64,000 bases of DNA, from the NCBI RefSeq assembly GCF_009914755.1, contig NC_060939.1; one strand, 5' to 3'. The notes under the pieces were generated by a model. It ran no database searches. It saw nothing but the letters and a program-made list of their open reading frames with translations, and had not been told where the DNA came from. A program made the translations under genes and the position numbers. Positions 10,321 to 25,335 of the stretch are shown in pieces (position 1 is the first letter of the stretch; every line of letters starts with the position of its first letter). Source of the stretch: the human T2T-CHM13v2.0 reference genome, Homo sapiens.

Positions 10321-13234
10321 TGCTAAGAACATGTAACCCATTTAGCTAGTGACCCCTGAAGTCAACCTCTTCCAGCTCTGTGGCTCTGCAAGGTACTCAG
10401 TTCAGCTGAAGATTCGAGGAAAGGGAGCCAGAGTGCCAGGGGAGATAGGCCCTCTGGAGGGGGGGGCCCAGCCCTGTAGACCTCAGGACTCACCTGCCCT
10501 TCAGTTAACCCTGAGGTCCCCGGCTCACCTGTCACACACAGACCCTGCAGAGCTTCAGAGTAGAGCTCACAAGGGCTTCATCCCTGGCCTGAGCTCCTCC
10601 TGGTACAGATGGGAAAACTGAGGCTTGGAGTGAGAGACGGCTCCATTGCTTCCGGAGGCGGGGCCAGAATTGGGATGATATCCCAGGTAGTCTCGCCCCC
10701 TTCCGCCAGTTCAGTGGTGATGAGGACCAGACAGGGTAGGTCACAATCTCTTCTCGGTCCTTAACACATCAGCAGTGTCTGAGGAGGACTCTTATGCTCC
10801 AGAGACGCCTGGGAATAAAGAGGCTTTTTATTCCTGAAGAATCATTCGCAAATGCCTCTGATGTCTTCACAAACAGCAGAAGGTGGGCAAGGACTGAGCT
10901 GGTTCTCAGAGTGTCACAGAGGTTGGGGGTAGGTCACCCTGGGGCATCTCCTCATGGGGTTCCTCTCTCTCTCTCTCCCCCCTCTCTTCTTTCTCTCTCT
11001 CTGGTTTTAAATCACTTAACTGCTCCTGGGCTGGGCTGGGCAGAACAATTACTGACAAATGACCTGAATCAATCTTGAGGCAGCAGGGACCTCCTTCTGG
11101 GTTCATTAAATCGGCTGCGGCTGCACCTGGCAGGAGGATGTGGATCATCTCTAGGGGACGAAGGCCGTCCCAGGCTGGCTGCATCCAGAGGCTTTGTTCT
11201 CGGGCAGTGTTAAAGGACTGCCCCTGTGTCCAACCACTCTGACCCTCTGGGACAATACCTGTCTCCCTCCCTTTGGGCCTCTCTGCCCCTTTTTCTTCCT
11301 CCTCCACCTCCGTCTCGCTGGGTCTCTCTCTCCTCCTCACACCCCATCTCTCTCCTTCTGTCTCTGTCTCTGTCTGTCTCCTCATCTCTGTCTGGACCTC
11401 TTTGGGTCACCATAGTAATTTGTCTCCATCTCTTTGACTGACTTCTCCCCACATCTGCCCCTCAATCACTGGGGGCTCAGGTAGCTTGATTTCCTAGGCC
11501 TCCTCTGCTAATTCTCTATTGTCTTCCTTCTCCTCTCCCTACTCCCACCCCTTCCCATGTTTTCTCCCTCACCCGTCCCTCAGCCAACTGGGTACCTTGG
11601 AGCTGGGCAGACTCTAAACTGTGGGCAAGAGGAGTCTGGGACCCCACAGTGTGGTTCGTGGCCCGGTTGGGGGCACTGCTGCCCTTGTTGGATGATGTGC
11701 ACATGGCTCTGTGTGAGGAGCCCAGGCTCCACGGTGGCTGTGAGTTCTGTCACCTCCCACAGCCCTTGTCAGTCAATGTCAACATGACATACCATGGTAC
11801 AATTTGTCACACATCCCTTTTCGACGCATTGCCACTGGGACTTGTTTTAAGTTCCTCAGCCCAGCACCAGGCTAGTGGAGAAGTGATGTTGTTGGCACAA
11901 AAGGGTCACGAGCTGAGGCCTCGGGATAGTGGTGGCCCACCAGGCAAGGCCGGGACTCAACCCAGGCAGGCATGCAGCGTGCTCTTGGAGGCTGGAGGGC
12001 TGCAAAGCATCCCAGGCTCTCCAGGCTGTGGCTGTGTCAGTTACTGGGCAATGAGGAAACATTCTGCCTTGCTGTAAGAGTCATGTCCTCTTCTCACACA
12101 AGCTGAGGAATGAGACACTAACTGTGCCAGTTGCCAGTCACCTGGCTAGAAGACCTGACCCTCACAGGTGGCGCCAACCACAGAGCTCAGACCAGCGCCA
12201 CAGGACACTGGGGGGCAAGCAGCAGTGCCCAGTGGCATGTCAGGGAGTCGCCTGCATGATCAGTCCACAGTGGCACAGGGGCCCCACATGGCTGAAGGCC
12301 CCTCTTGCCCCAGCCACGTAAGGATTGCTCTGCTCTCCAATAAATCCCTTTATGTAGGTTGCCTTGCACACTGTGGGCATCAAGTGTAGCCAAGAAATAC
12401 AAAATGCTTGAAAAAAAAAAACAACACTGTATTGGGGCTCAGGAGAGCTGACTTCTGTCTCTAGCCCGATATATGGACACAGGTAGGTCATTACCTTATC
12501 CAAGCTTGTTTCCTCATTTATAAAGCAAAGCATTTGGTCAACCAGGGCCCTTTGGGCTGACATCAGAGATAGAAACTTGGTTGAACACTTTTAGTGGAGT
12601 GTGTATGTGTCCAAATGGTGAGGGTTTACGACACACTTCAAACTGACCCTCCTGACCTAACCCCACCCTGCCAGCCCCTCCTGCTGTCCTTGTCAAGGGT
12701 GGTGTCACCTGAATGGCTTTGCTCATCTTTCCTTTCCTGACTTATTGATACATCGCTCCTCCCTTGACCCATCTCCACGTGGCCAAGCACATGTCCAAAT
12801 GCTCCAAGACAGACGCCAGCCCTCAGTTCACACACCTGGGCTTCAGCACGCTTGGCAGCAAAACCTGCTGACCTCAAGCTGCTGCTGGAATTGGAGGAGA
12901 AGTGATGAAAAAGGCACCTTTCCCAACCACAAAGGAAGTTGCTGATAGGAGTGTGTCGTCACCATCTTCAGCCTCTATTTCATGTTCAGAGCCCTTTATA
13001 TGCAAAATGATGCCTCCCCTGTTGCATTTGATTCCTCTGGGTACCATTCAGTACTCACCTGGCCAGGTAAGTATTCCCATTTCACAGGTGAGGGAATTGA
13101 GGACTGGATTAGAGAATAGATTTGATCATAGCAGCCCATGCCATGAGGCAATGCAGGTCTTTTATCTTCCCAATCAGCACCCTTTCTCCTACAATACATG
13201 GAGAGGCCCCACTCCCACACTGAATGTCCCATGC

Positions 13235-13450
13235 ATGATAATAATAATAATAATTCATAGGTATTGAATGTTTTCTGTGGATCAGGCATTATTCTGGTTT
13301 TTCTAAATATGTATTATCTCATTTAATGCTCAAACGAAACAAGACAAAAAACACATGGCATAGATACATCCCCATTTTACACATTAAAAAACTGAGGCCC
13401 AGAAACATTAAGTATCTTGACCAAGGACTCTGCTACTAAGTGGTGCAGCT
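13235..13450 (-). mobile_element. MIR SINE (further MIR cores at ~10600-10690 and ~13070-13150)
   Basis: TATTATCTCATTTAATGCTCA...CCCCATTTTACACATTAAAAAACTGAGGCCCAGAAACATTAAGTATCTTGACCAAGG. Confidence 0.8.
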
Positions 13451-13919
13451 GAGAACTGCATCGCCCTCACCTCACTCAGGGGAGACAGGCATCTCCAGGG
13501 AGGTGGAATGGTTGGGGAAGGCTTCACACACCAGGGAGCTCACAACCAGCTCCAGGGGCACCTTCTCAGGGACTCTTACTTCTGAGTGGCCTGACCCCTG
13601 CTGGAAGGGCTTTCTTACCATGTAGATCACTCTGGTCTACTCCTGTGGACTGAGAACTCAACTCCATGTCCCCGGAAGTCCATACCAGAACCTGAGCAGG
13701 TCAGACCACAATCTGCCACTGCCTAAGGCCCTGCACAGGTGGGCAGAGCGTGGAATAACAGATCCGTGGTAGTTCTCTCCTTCCCACCTTCTCCCCTCTC
13801 CTCCAATTCCTCCCTTCCTCTCAGGTAATCTGGGTGCTAAAAATAATAGTCAAACAGATGAAAACAAAGAAACAAGTGTGCAAAAAGCCGTAGGCCTGCT
13901 GGGTTCTCTGCTTTCTCTT

Positions 13920-13950
13920 CACACACACACACACATACACACACACACAC
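13920..13950. repeat. (CA)n microsatellite
   Basis: About 15 CA units with one TA interruption. Confidence 0.95.
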
Positions 13951-14148
13951 GTTGGTGGGACAGTGGTGGACAAAACAAGCCCAGACTGGTGAATTGACCT
14001 AATTTTTTCCAAGGGCTTCAGCAGCTCCCAGAATGTGCCTGGAGTCCCTTGAGATCTGCCTCAGGGCCCAACAGGCCTGAGGGCTGGCCCATCTCTGGTC
14101 AGTAGCCTCAACGGGGCAGCCAGTCACCCATCAGAATATCCTCAAGGA

Positions 14149-14210
14149 GGCCAGGTGTGGTGGCTCACGCCTGTAATCCCAGCACTTTGGGAGGCCGGGT
14201 CACCTGAGGT
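14149..14210 (+). mobile_element. Alu 5' fragment only (AluS-like)
   Basis: GGCCAGGTGTGGTGGCTCACGCCTGTAATCCCAGCACTTTGGGAGGCCGGGTCACCTGAGGT, after which Alu similarity stops; no tail. Confidence 0.9.
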
Positions 14211-14354
14211 GACATCACCCAGTCCTTGGGGTCTATGCATCATTTGACAGAGAATTTCCTCCTGTGGTCTACTCTTTGATGTCAGTGGGTTAAGAAACTT
14301 CTGCCTAAAGGTGTTGTCTTTCTCTGATGAGAAGAGGAATTAGGGGAAGTAACC

Positions 14355-14528
14355 TCGGTCTTCAGAGTGTGGTCTACAGTCCAGCAACATCTGCACTGCC
14401 TGGGAGCTCTTTAAGAAGACAGAATCAGGGACACCACCCTAGATCTGCTGAATCACAGTCTGCATGTTCATGAGACCCCCCACCCCCAGGTGATTCATGT
14501 GCAAATTAAAGTTTGAGAAATAGCTCTT
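14355..14528. mobile_element. MER5A-like hAT-Charlie MITE
   Basis: AGTGTGGTC...CAGCAACATCTGCACTGCCTGGGAGCT...CTGCTGAATCACAGTCTGCAT...CCCAGGTGATTCATGTGCAAATTAAAGTTTGAGAAA. Confidence 0.85.
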
Positions 14529-14849
14529 TAGAGTACCATATAGGAGCAAACAACACTCTTCCTCCAGAGAGAGAAAGTATGGTCATATTAAAATCCCGGG
14601 TGTGGGAATCAAAAGTCCTAGTTATCCCCCGACACTTTTCCTAAACAGCCTGTGAATCAGGACAAGTTACTCCACCTCCTTGGGCCTCAGATGTCTCAGA
14701 AACTCTTGTGTACCAAAAAACAGCACAAACGAGGATAGTCACTGCAGTGAGGCTTGCCATAGCAAAAAGTAAGAAACAATCTAAAGATCCACCAATAGGG
14801 AAATGGCTTAGTAAATGAGGATGCATACACACGGTGGGAGGAGCCGTGA

Positions 14850-15300
14850 TCCTGATGTTGATTTTCCCTGGCTTTTAGGAAGAGATGGGCCTGTAGATGT
14901 GCAGCTGGAAACTACATTTCCCAGCCTCCCTTGCAGCCACAAGAGTAGCCAATGAGTTGTAAGCAGAGTGATGGCTGCATCTTCTGGGTCACATCTTGAA
15001 AGGAAAACACTTGCCCTCCATTTCCTCTTTCCTCTTTTCCAGGGCCTGGAAAAAGCTCCCCTTTCTGAGGGTGGGGAGCTAGTTTCTGTCATGCAAATGG
15101 AGACAACACCCTAAGAGATGACAAAGCAACAAGGGAGGAGGAGCCTGGCTCTGAGATGATGTGGTGGAGTCATCAGAGCTGCCTACCCATCTGATCACTG
15201 CCTGCTCCAGCACTTACATGGAAACCACCTCCTACCTTGTGCAAGCTTCTGTAAGTTGGTCTTTGTAAAAGCAGCCAAACCAACATCCAAACTAATGTTC
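14850..15300 (+). mobile_element. Old ERVL-MaLR LTR (MLT1-type) inserted in an L1M 3' fragment (L1M at ~14720-14840 and ~15310-15630)
   Basis: AACTACATTTCCCAGCCTCCCTTGCAGC motif; ends TTTGTAAAAGCAGCCAAACC...AACTAAT. Confidence 0.65.
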
Positions 15301-16044
15301 ATAACATGGAGTCTTTAAAAAGAACAAAGTAGCTTTATAAGCACCTCTATGATGTGATCTCCAGATACGCTATTGGGTGAAAATGTAAAGTTGCAAAAAA
15401 AACTCACACACAGTATGATTCCATTTAGGTCTAAGCATGCACAAACCCACACACAGAGAGAAACATATAGATGTCTATGTGTCCATATGCATATATGGAA
15501 AAGCAGAGAAAAAGAATGAAAAGGATCCATGCCAACTGACAGCAGTGGAAACCTCTAGAAAAGATACTAGTTTTGTTTCGTAGATGTTGAAGTAAGAATT
15601 GTGCATTGCGTCTTTGAATCTTGCATAATGAGACTGTAGTCACCTATTCCTAAGCCCCCTTCCACCACGACATCTTTTGATCCTAAGCAAGATTTTACAC
15701 CACCATCCCCTAACCACCCATCATTCCTGAAGGTACTCAGGACGTCTTGATTAACAAAATTAATCTCCATTCCATCCCACCCAAGCCTTCCTCTCCCTAG
15801 TCAGTGTTCCAGCTTTCTTCACTCTCTCTATTCAACCAAATCTTCCCTTTTGTCTCTTTGCCTCTTTGTTAATCATGAGCTTGGGAAGCCTGTGATAGGC
15901 TAATCTCTGTTAGTATGAACTCAGTAATGGATGTCTCAGCTGATGGTGCTTACCTACCTGCCCCATATCTCACCTCCTTGGTGTACCTAAGCCCAGGTGT
16001 AGACCTGGCATAGAACAGGTGTACAATAAATACTACAAGAGAGA

Positions 16045-16406
16045 ACACAAACAAACCTTGAAGGCATTATGCTATATGGAATTAGCCAGTCACAAAAGGA
16101 CAAATATTATACAATAAATTCCACTTACATGAAGTGTCTAGAATAGGCAAATTCACAGATTCAGAAAGTAGAACAGTGGTTACCAGGGGCTTTGGGGAGA
16201 AGGGTTGTGAAGTTAGTATTAGGTTGGTGCCGTTACTTTCAACCTAATACTTAATGGGTGCAGAGTTTCCATTTGGGAAGATTAAAAATTTCTGGAGCTG
16301 GATGGTGGTGATGGAATCACAGCAATGTGAATGTATTTAATGCTGCTGAACTATACACTTAAAACAGTTAAAATGATCAATCTTATGTATATTTTGCCAC
16401 AATTTT
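16045..16406 (+). mobile_element. L1MB-type 3' end
   Basis: AACCTTGAAGGCATTATGCT...GCCAGTCACAAAAGGACAAATATT...GGTTACCAGGGGC...TTCTGGAGCTGGATGGTGGTGATGG...ATTTTGCCACAAT. Confidence 0.88.
16219..16247. mobile_element. Collapsed MADE1 (Hsmar1-type mariner MITE) remnant
   Basis: TA-TTAGGTTGGTGC-CGTTACTTTC-AACCTAA-TA: both MADE1 termini and the TA duplication are present; it interrupts the L1MB. Confidence 0.8.
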
Positions 16407-16407
16407 A

Positions 16408-17344
<937 letters not shown>

Positions 17345-17520
17345 AAAATCAGTCCAAAAGTCAATGAATAGAAGAGGGAAGGGAGGGAGGGCAGCAAGCC
17401 TGTGCTGGACGGTGCTCTGTGGGAGAGAGTGCTTCCTGGTACCCTTCGGAATTCCCAGAGCACTTTGCCTTCTGCCTCAAAATTCTTAGTTCTGAAAACT
17501 TCCTTCCAAGCCACACTTAA

Positions 17521-19873
17521 CAGATAGCATGCTTTTTGCAAATTGAAGGTTTGTAGCAACCTTGTGTCCACTAAGTCTGTTGACGCCATTTTTCCAACAG
17601 CATGTGCTTGTTTCCTGTATCTCTGTCACATTTTAATAATTCTTATAATATTTCAAACTTTTCCAGTACTGTTATATCTGTTATGGTGGTCTGTATTCAG
17701 TGATCTTTGATGTTACTATTGCAATTGATTTGGAGTGCCACAAACCTCACCTATGTAAGGTGGTGAAGTTAATATATGTTGTGTGTGTTCTGACTGCACC
17801 ACCGACCAGCCTTTCCCCCATCTCTCTCCCTCTCCTTGGCCTCCCTATTCTTTGAGACACAAAAATGTGTAAGTTAGGCTAATTAATAACCCTACAATGC
17901 CCTCTAAGTGTTCAAGTGAAAGGAAGAGCTACACATCTCTCACTTTAAATTAAAAGTTAGAAATGATTAAGCATAGTGAGAAAGGTATGTCATAAGCTGA
18001 GATAGGCTGAAGGCTAGGCCTTTTGTGCTGAACAGTTAGCCAAGTTGTGAATGCAAAGGAAAAGTTCTTGAAGAAAGTTAAAAGTGCTACTCTAGTGAAC
18101 ACATGAGTGGTAAGAAAGCAAAACAGCCTTATTGCTAATATAGGGATAGTCTGAGTGGTCTGGATAGAAGATCAAACTAGCCATGACATTCCCTTAAGCC
18201 ACAGCTTAGTCCAGAGCAAGGCCCTAACTCGTCAATTCTGTGAAGGCTGAGAGGTGAGGAAGCTGTAGAAGAAAAATTGGAAGCTAGAAGAGGTAGGTGC
18301 ATTAGATTTAAAAAAAGAAGGCAGTTTCATGACATGAAAGTACAAGCTGAAGCAACAAGTTCTGTTGGAGAAGCTGCCCCAAGCTATCCAGAAGATCTAG
18401 CTAAGATCATTGATGAAGGTTGCTACACTAAACAATAGATTTGTAATGTAGATGAAACAGCCTTCTGTTGGAAGAAGATGCCATCTAGGACTTTCACAGT
18501 TACAGAGGAGGAGTCAATGCCTGACTTCCATGCTTCAAATCACCAGCCGACTCTCTTGTTAGGGGCTAATGCAACTGGTAAATTTAAGTTGAAGCCAATG
18601 CTCATCTACCATTCCAAAAATCCTAGGGTCCTTAATAATTATGCTAAATCTGCTCTGCCTGTGCTCTACCAATGAACAAAGCTTGGATGACAGCACATCT
18701 CTTTACACCATGGTTTACTGAATATTTTAAGCCCACTGTTGATAGCAACTGTTCAGAAAAATATATATATTTCCTTTAAAATATTACTACTCATTGATAA
18801 TGCACCTAGTCACCCAAGGGCTTTGATAGAGATGTACAAGATGAATGTTGTTTTCATGCCTGCTAACACAACATCCATTCTACAGCCCATAGATTAAGGA
18901 GTAATGTCAACTTTCAAGCCTTGTTACTTAAGAAATACATTTCATAAGGTTATAGCTGCCATAAATAGTGATTCCTGATGGAACTGGGCAAAGTACATTG
19001 AAAACCTTCTGGAAATGATTCACATTCTAGATGCCATTAAGAACATTTGTGATTCATGGGAAGAAGTCAAAATATCAACATGAACAGGGGTTTGGAAGAA
19101 GTTGATTCCAACCCTCATGGATGACTTTGAGGGATTCAAGTTTTTGGTGGAGGAAGTAACTACGGATATGCTGGAAAGAGCAAGAGAACCAGAATTAGAT
19201 GTGGAGCCTGGAGATAGGTCTAAACTGCTACAGTCTCATGATCAAACTTAACAGATGAGGAGTTGCTGCTTATGGAGGAGCAAAGAAAACGATTTCTTGG
19301 GATGGAATCCACTCCTAGTGAAGACGCTGTGAACATTACTGAAATTACAACAAAGGATTTAGAATATTACATAAACTAAGTTGATAAAACAATGGCAGGG
19401 TTGGAGATGATTGACTTCAATTTTGAAAGAAGTTCTACTGTGGGTAAAATGCTACCAAGCAGCATTGTGTGCTACACAGACAACTTTCATGAAAAGAAGG
19501 CAATCAATGCAGCAAACTTCATTATTGTCTTCTTTTATGAAATTGCCACAGCCACCATAACCTTCAGCCACCACCACCCTCATCAGTAAACAGCCATCAA
19601 CATCTAGGCAAGCCCTTCCCTCCACCACCAAAAAGAGTACAACTCAGTGAAGGCTCAGATGACCTTTTGCTTCTTTTTAGCAATCAGGTGTTTTTAATTC
19701 AAGTATATAATTTTAGGCATAATGCTATTGCAAATATAATAGGCTACAGTATACTGTAAATATAACTTTTATATATACTGGGAAACCAAAAAAATCTGTG
19801 ACTCACTTTATTGCAATATTTGCTTGATTACAATGGTCTAGAACCACACCCATGATATCTCCATATATGCCTG
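17521..19873 (+). mobile_element. Near-full-length Tigger1 (TcMar-Tigger) DNA transposon; left terminus missing
   Basis: Starts CAGATAGCATGCTTTTTGCAAATTGAAGGTTTGTAGCAACC; ends GATATCTCCATATATGCCTG followed by TA; carries transposase remnants throughout. Confidence 0.95.
17897..19265 (+). pseudogene. Decayed Tigger1 pogo-family DDD transposase (TIGD1-like), with stops and frameshifts
   Basis: ATG at 17897 gives MPSKCSSERKS. Motifs DET (18451), DNAPSH (18796) and QPID-stop (18883). ORF 18478-18675 reads MPSRTF...[25 protein letters not shown]. Confidence 0.88.
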
Positions 19874-19914
19874 TATATGGGGGAAAGAGAAAACATAATC
19901 AATTAAGTGAATAA

Positions 19915-20720
19915 TTTATGTACAAAGATGATTTAGTGCAACATTAGTTCTGCTAATGAGAAATTAGGAACAACACAAATGACTAGTAAAAGGGAAATAG
20001 TTAAATAACATAAGGCAAGTCCATACCGTGGAATATCATGCAGCATTTATAGATGCAAAATAAAACAACAAAATGCTCTCTACTCCTTTCTTGCTAGTGG
20101 AATTGATTTGATGATGACATCAGGCTCAACCACAGTCACCTGGGAAAGCAGTGCTCAAAATCACTGCCGGGTAGACAGTGTCCAGGGGCAGAGAGTGTCC
20201 AACATTCTGCAATGTTGCTCCAACATTGCAGAAAAGCAATTTAATATGTATCACAGGTCTTGGAAATGTTTACATTTGTTTAAGAAATAATTCTCCTCCT
20301 AGAAATTATCTTAAGAAAAAAATTTAAAAATGAACAAAGCGTACCATTGAAAAGAATCTAAATGTCCAGCTCTCAGATAATGGTACAATATGGTGCATCC
20401 ATACTTTGAAATACTACGAGGCCATTAAAAGTATGTCTTTGAAGAGTTTTCTTTAATACTACAGGAAAATGCTCATAATATAATGTTAAGGAAAAAAAGA
20501 GTTCAATACTAAAAATTTTATGGAGTACAATATCATAAAGGAAAAGGAAAACCATCCTTAATAAAATGTGAAATAAATGTGCTCAAATGTTACTAATAGC
20601 TGCCTCTGGGTAACAATATGGTTGTGGGAGTTGCGGTTACCTTCTTTATTCTTTCTTGAACTTTACAAGTTTTATGCAAAGAGAACATATTACTATGATA
20701 ATTATAAAAATAATAATATT
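19915..20720 (+). mobile_element. Highly diverged L1ME-type 3' fragments
   Basis: GTCCATACCGTGGAATATCATGCAGC, CATCCATACTTTGAAATACTACGAGGCCATTAAAA and GAAAATGCTCATAATATAATGTTAAG motifs. Confidence 0.6.
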
Positions 20721-20723
20721 TAA

Positions 20724-21162
<439 letters not shown>

Positions 21163-21889
21163 TCAGGGTAAGATGATCATTTTAGCTTTTGGTTTTTGTT
21201 TGTGTTTTAAGTGATAGGAGAGATTTGACTTGGTTCCTAGACATTGAGGAAAGCGCCAGCAGAAAGTGATTGAAAATGCAAGACAGAAGAGCTACAGATG
21301 AACTTGATCACAGGCTTGCAAGGCCCAATAGGCCCCTCTCAGCTCACAATGAAAATGTCCGAACTGATAAAGAAAGTTCACCCTGGACACTAAAAGGAGT
21401 GGCTGCATGTTCAGGTGTGGGAGTTGGTCCTGACTGCAGAGTCAACAGGACTAAAATGAAAAACACAATCATGGGCTGTTCCCACTCCACCTTTGAATCA
21501 CAACAGATCAGAGAGTCACGAAGAAAGTCAGAAAAGCATTTGGCTCCCCCCAACCATGGCGTCTAGTTCAGGGCCCTGGGGCCACACAGACGGGAGTACC
21601 TGGCACCCCCAACTCTCCCTGTCCCCCCATATCCCTGTTCCCGCAACTAGAAATGCATCTCCCAGGACAGAGTTGCACTTAGAGTGGAAGGACGTGGTAT
21701 TGCTTCAGGAGAGGACTGATATGAAGAGGATGTGAGGACGGTTGGGGGAGGCAAAGTAGGACTCACCCCACTAGCCCTGAGTGGGAAGGGGGAAATTGGG
21801 AAGGGGCAGATCAGAGATGAAGTGATATTGTGAGAAGCCCTTGACAAATACCCATGAGACCCTAAATTCTGGGCCAGGGTAAATTAGTA

Positions 21890-22830
<941 letters not shown>

Positions 22831-22914
22831 TTTAAGACTGAGCCAGAGGCTATACATGTCAATTTATCCCTCCAGATCTAGATTTTTATCTGTTTCTTGG
22901 AAAATGTATTTCCA

Positions 22915-23560
22915 AGGGTGCCCTGAAGAAGAAAACTGAGCAAATGAATTAAAGTCACTAATTAAACTCAAAATAGAAGACATCTTTTGTTTTTCATTGT
23001 GTTACAGCAATACCTACTAAACAATGACTTATCCTAGGGACAGTTTTTGAAATTACATGATCTAAAATATGTCTTGTGAGCACTAAGGCTGAAAAAAAAA
23101 AGGTTCACCTTAAATTTCTCAACAGCAGCATACCCCAGAAGAAAATGGATCTGTGTTTTAAAGGAGTCTTGATGGGGAAAAGGTTAAGGCCAGAAATTCC
23201 ATACCCAACAAATTTGTTTTTCCCCTGATAGGTCAACATAAAGACAGTTTCAGATATACAAGTCTCAGAAAATATATCAGAGCCACATAGCTCTCCTACA
23301 AAAAAAAGTATTTTAAGACATGCTTCAGTCATCAGAGAGACGAATCAAAAATGAGGATTCAAGAAAGGAGATGTAACAGTACAAAACTACTAAGGACAAA
23401 CATTAGAATCAATTAAATATTAAAATACAAGTATCAAATTAATGCAAAAGGAAGAAAAAATGCTTCAAAGAGAAGGTATATATGTTTTTTTAAATAACAG
23501 AAAAACTAGATTGTTGAATTCTGATTAGATTAACAGATTTTTAAAGTAAATATAAATGTA
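22915..23560 (+). mobile_element. HAL1 or old L1 ORF1-like remnant
   Basis: TTTCTCAACAGCAGCA...CCAGAAGAAAATGG...CCAGAAATTCCATACCCAACAAAT resembles decayed L1 ORF1 C-terminal coding DNA. Confidence 0.5.
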
Positions 23561-23703
23561 AAAATTCATGGTATGATACAAACTACTGCATTTAGCAATC
23601 TACCAAGAGAACAATCTGCTGGTTTATTAGGGTTGACCTCAGGAACATAGGAATCATTTACTCTGAGGCAGTCCAATGATGTCATATGGCATTTCAATGT
23701 CAA

Positions 23704-23797
23704 TTTTTATTTTTATGTTTTGTAGAGATAAAGTCTCACTATATTGCCCAGGCTGGTCTCAAACTCCTGGGCTCAAGTGATCTGCCCGCCCTGGCCT
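23704..23797 (-). mobile_element. Truncated FLAM/Alu monomer
   Basis: TTTGTAGAGATAAAGTCTCACTATATTGCCCAGGCTGGTCTCAAACTCCTGGGCTCAAGTGATC. Confidence 0.85.
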
Positions 23798-23930
23798 AAA
23801 ATATTTTAATTAACTTATGTTTGATAACAATTATTCAATGAATTTAAACATATTCTGAACTCAAATCTCAAAAAATTAAGAAAAAATGTATAAAAATATA
23901 TTTCTAACATGGTAAAGAATATCTCTCTCA

Positions 23931-24229
<299 letters not shown>

Positions 24230-24986
24230 TCAAACCAACAGCCAAATTGCAAGTTGTAAAACACCATTAAAATCAGCTCTAATAGTAATAACAACTACCA
24301 TTTAATCCCTACTAAGTGGCAGGTGTTCAACAGGTACTATAGAGGTTTTATTTAACCTTATAGCAGTGCTGCGAAGTCAATGCATTTGACAGATGAGGAA
24401 ACTGAGACCTATAAGGACCATGGGACAACATTCTTTGTCCCATCTTTGTAAAGAGGCTGACATGAGCGGAGGGTGCACTCAGCTCCTAAAAGGGCCTCTA
24501 ATTGACCTCCGACTGTGTGCCAGTCACAGGCATTCTGGGAAGAGAGCAGCAGCAACCAAGACAATAGGAAGCCAAGCTGGAATGCCAGAGGGGCCATGCG
24601 TGGAGAGCTTTCAGCACCCAGGGAGGACTGTGTGCCCAGGAGGCTTTCAGGAGCCTACGGGGGTTTCTGAGGTGGGAGTGGTAGTCAGAGTAGTTACATA
24701 GTGGACAACACTGACAATATTTTAAAATCTCTAGTTAAATGGTAAAACGTTGTCAGGGGTGAGAATGACAGGCTCAGAGATGCAAGGATATCAGTAAAGG
24801 TCGGTACAATCAGGGGAGGGCACCCAGAGCAAATGGGACAGGAACTCAGACTGGAAGGGAGACCCAGGTGGGGAGGTAGAGAGGCCGGCGTCGCAGCAGC
24901 GCTCTGCAGTTCATAAACCTGAAAAGGAGACGGAAGTGGACGGGCCATCTGTAGAGAGTGGTTCACTTATGGTGCCGCCTTCATAT

Positions 24987-25055
24987 ATAGGTTGGGGCAA
25001 ACGTAATTGTGGTTTTTGCCATAAAAGTAATGGCAATTACTTTTCACCAACCTAA
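24987..25055. mobile_element. MADE1 (Hsmar1-type MITE), partly deleted
   Basis: TAGGTTGGGGCAAACGTAATTGTGGTTTTTGCC-ATAAAAGTAATGGC-AATTACTTTTCACCAACCTAA, flanked by TA. Confidence 0.92.
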
Positions 25056-25110
25056 TATAACACTCTATAGATTTTTTTTTTTAATGTGTCAACAAAAACA
25101 GAACAGTATC

Positions 25111-25190
25111 TTAAATTGAACCATGTGAAATCGCCATTTGGTAGGTTATAAAGCACTCGCATGTCAGCAATTTCAAATTGTTCAATCTAA
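25111..25190. mobile_element. MADE2 mariner MITE (80 bp)
   Basis: Inverted termini TTAAATTGAACCATGTGAAATCGC ... GCAATTTCAAATTGTTCAATCTAA, followed by TA. Confidence 0.85.
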
Positions 25191-25217
25191 TAGATAGTAT
25201 GATTTCATTCTTGTTTT

Positions 25218-25335
25218 ATTTTTTAATTTTTATATTTTAGAGACAGGGTCTTGCTATGTTGCCCAGGCTAGTCTTGAAATCCTGGCCTCAAGCAGTCCTC
25301 CTGCCTCAGTCTCGCAAGTAGCTGGGATTACAGGC
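25218..25335 (-). mobile_element. 5'-truncated FLAM monomer
   Basis: AGAGACAGGGTCTTGCTATGTTGCCCAGGCT...GCTGGGATTACAGGC; perfect 13-bp TSD TCATTCTTGTTTT at 25205-25217 and 25336-25348. Confidence 0.9.

Noticed and set aside
12971-13072. Possible exon ending at a consensus donor CAG|GTAAGT (13064-13072)
   Set aside because: An isolated splice-site match that borders a MIR fragment, with a weak acceptor and no partner exons identifiable. A lncRNA exon cannot be excluded without RNA data.
24880-24945. CpG-containing patch as a CpG-island promoter
   Set aside because: Only about 65 bp with a handful of CpGs, far below island size.
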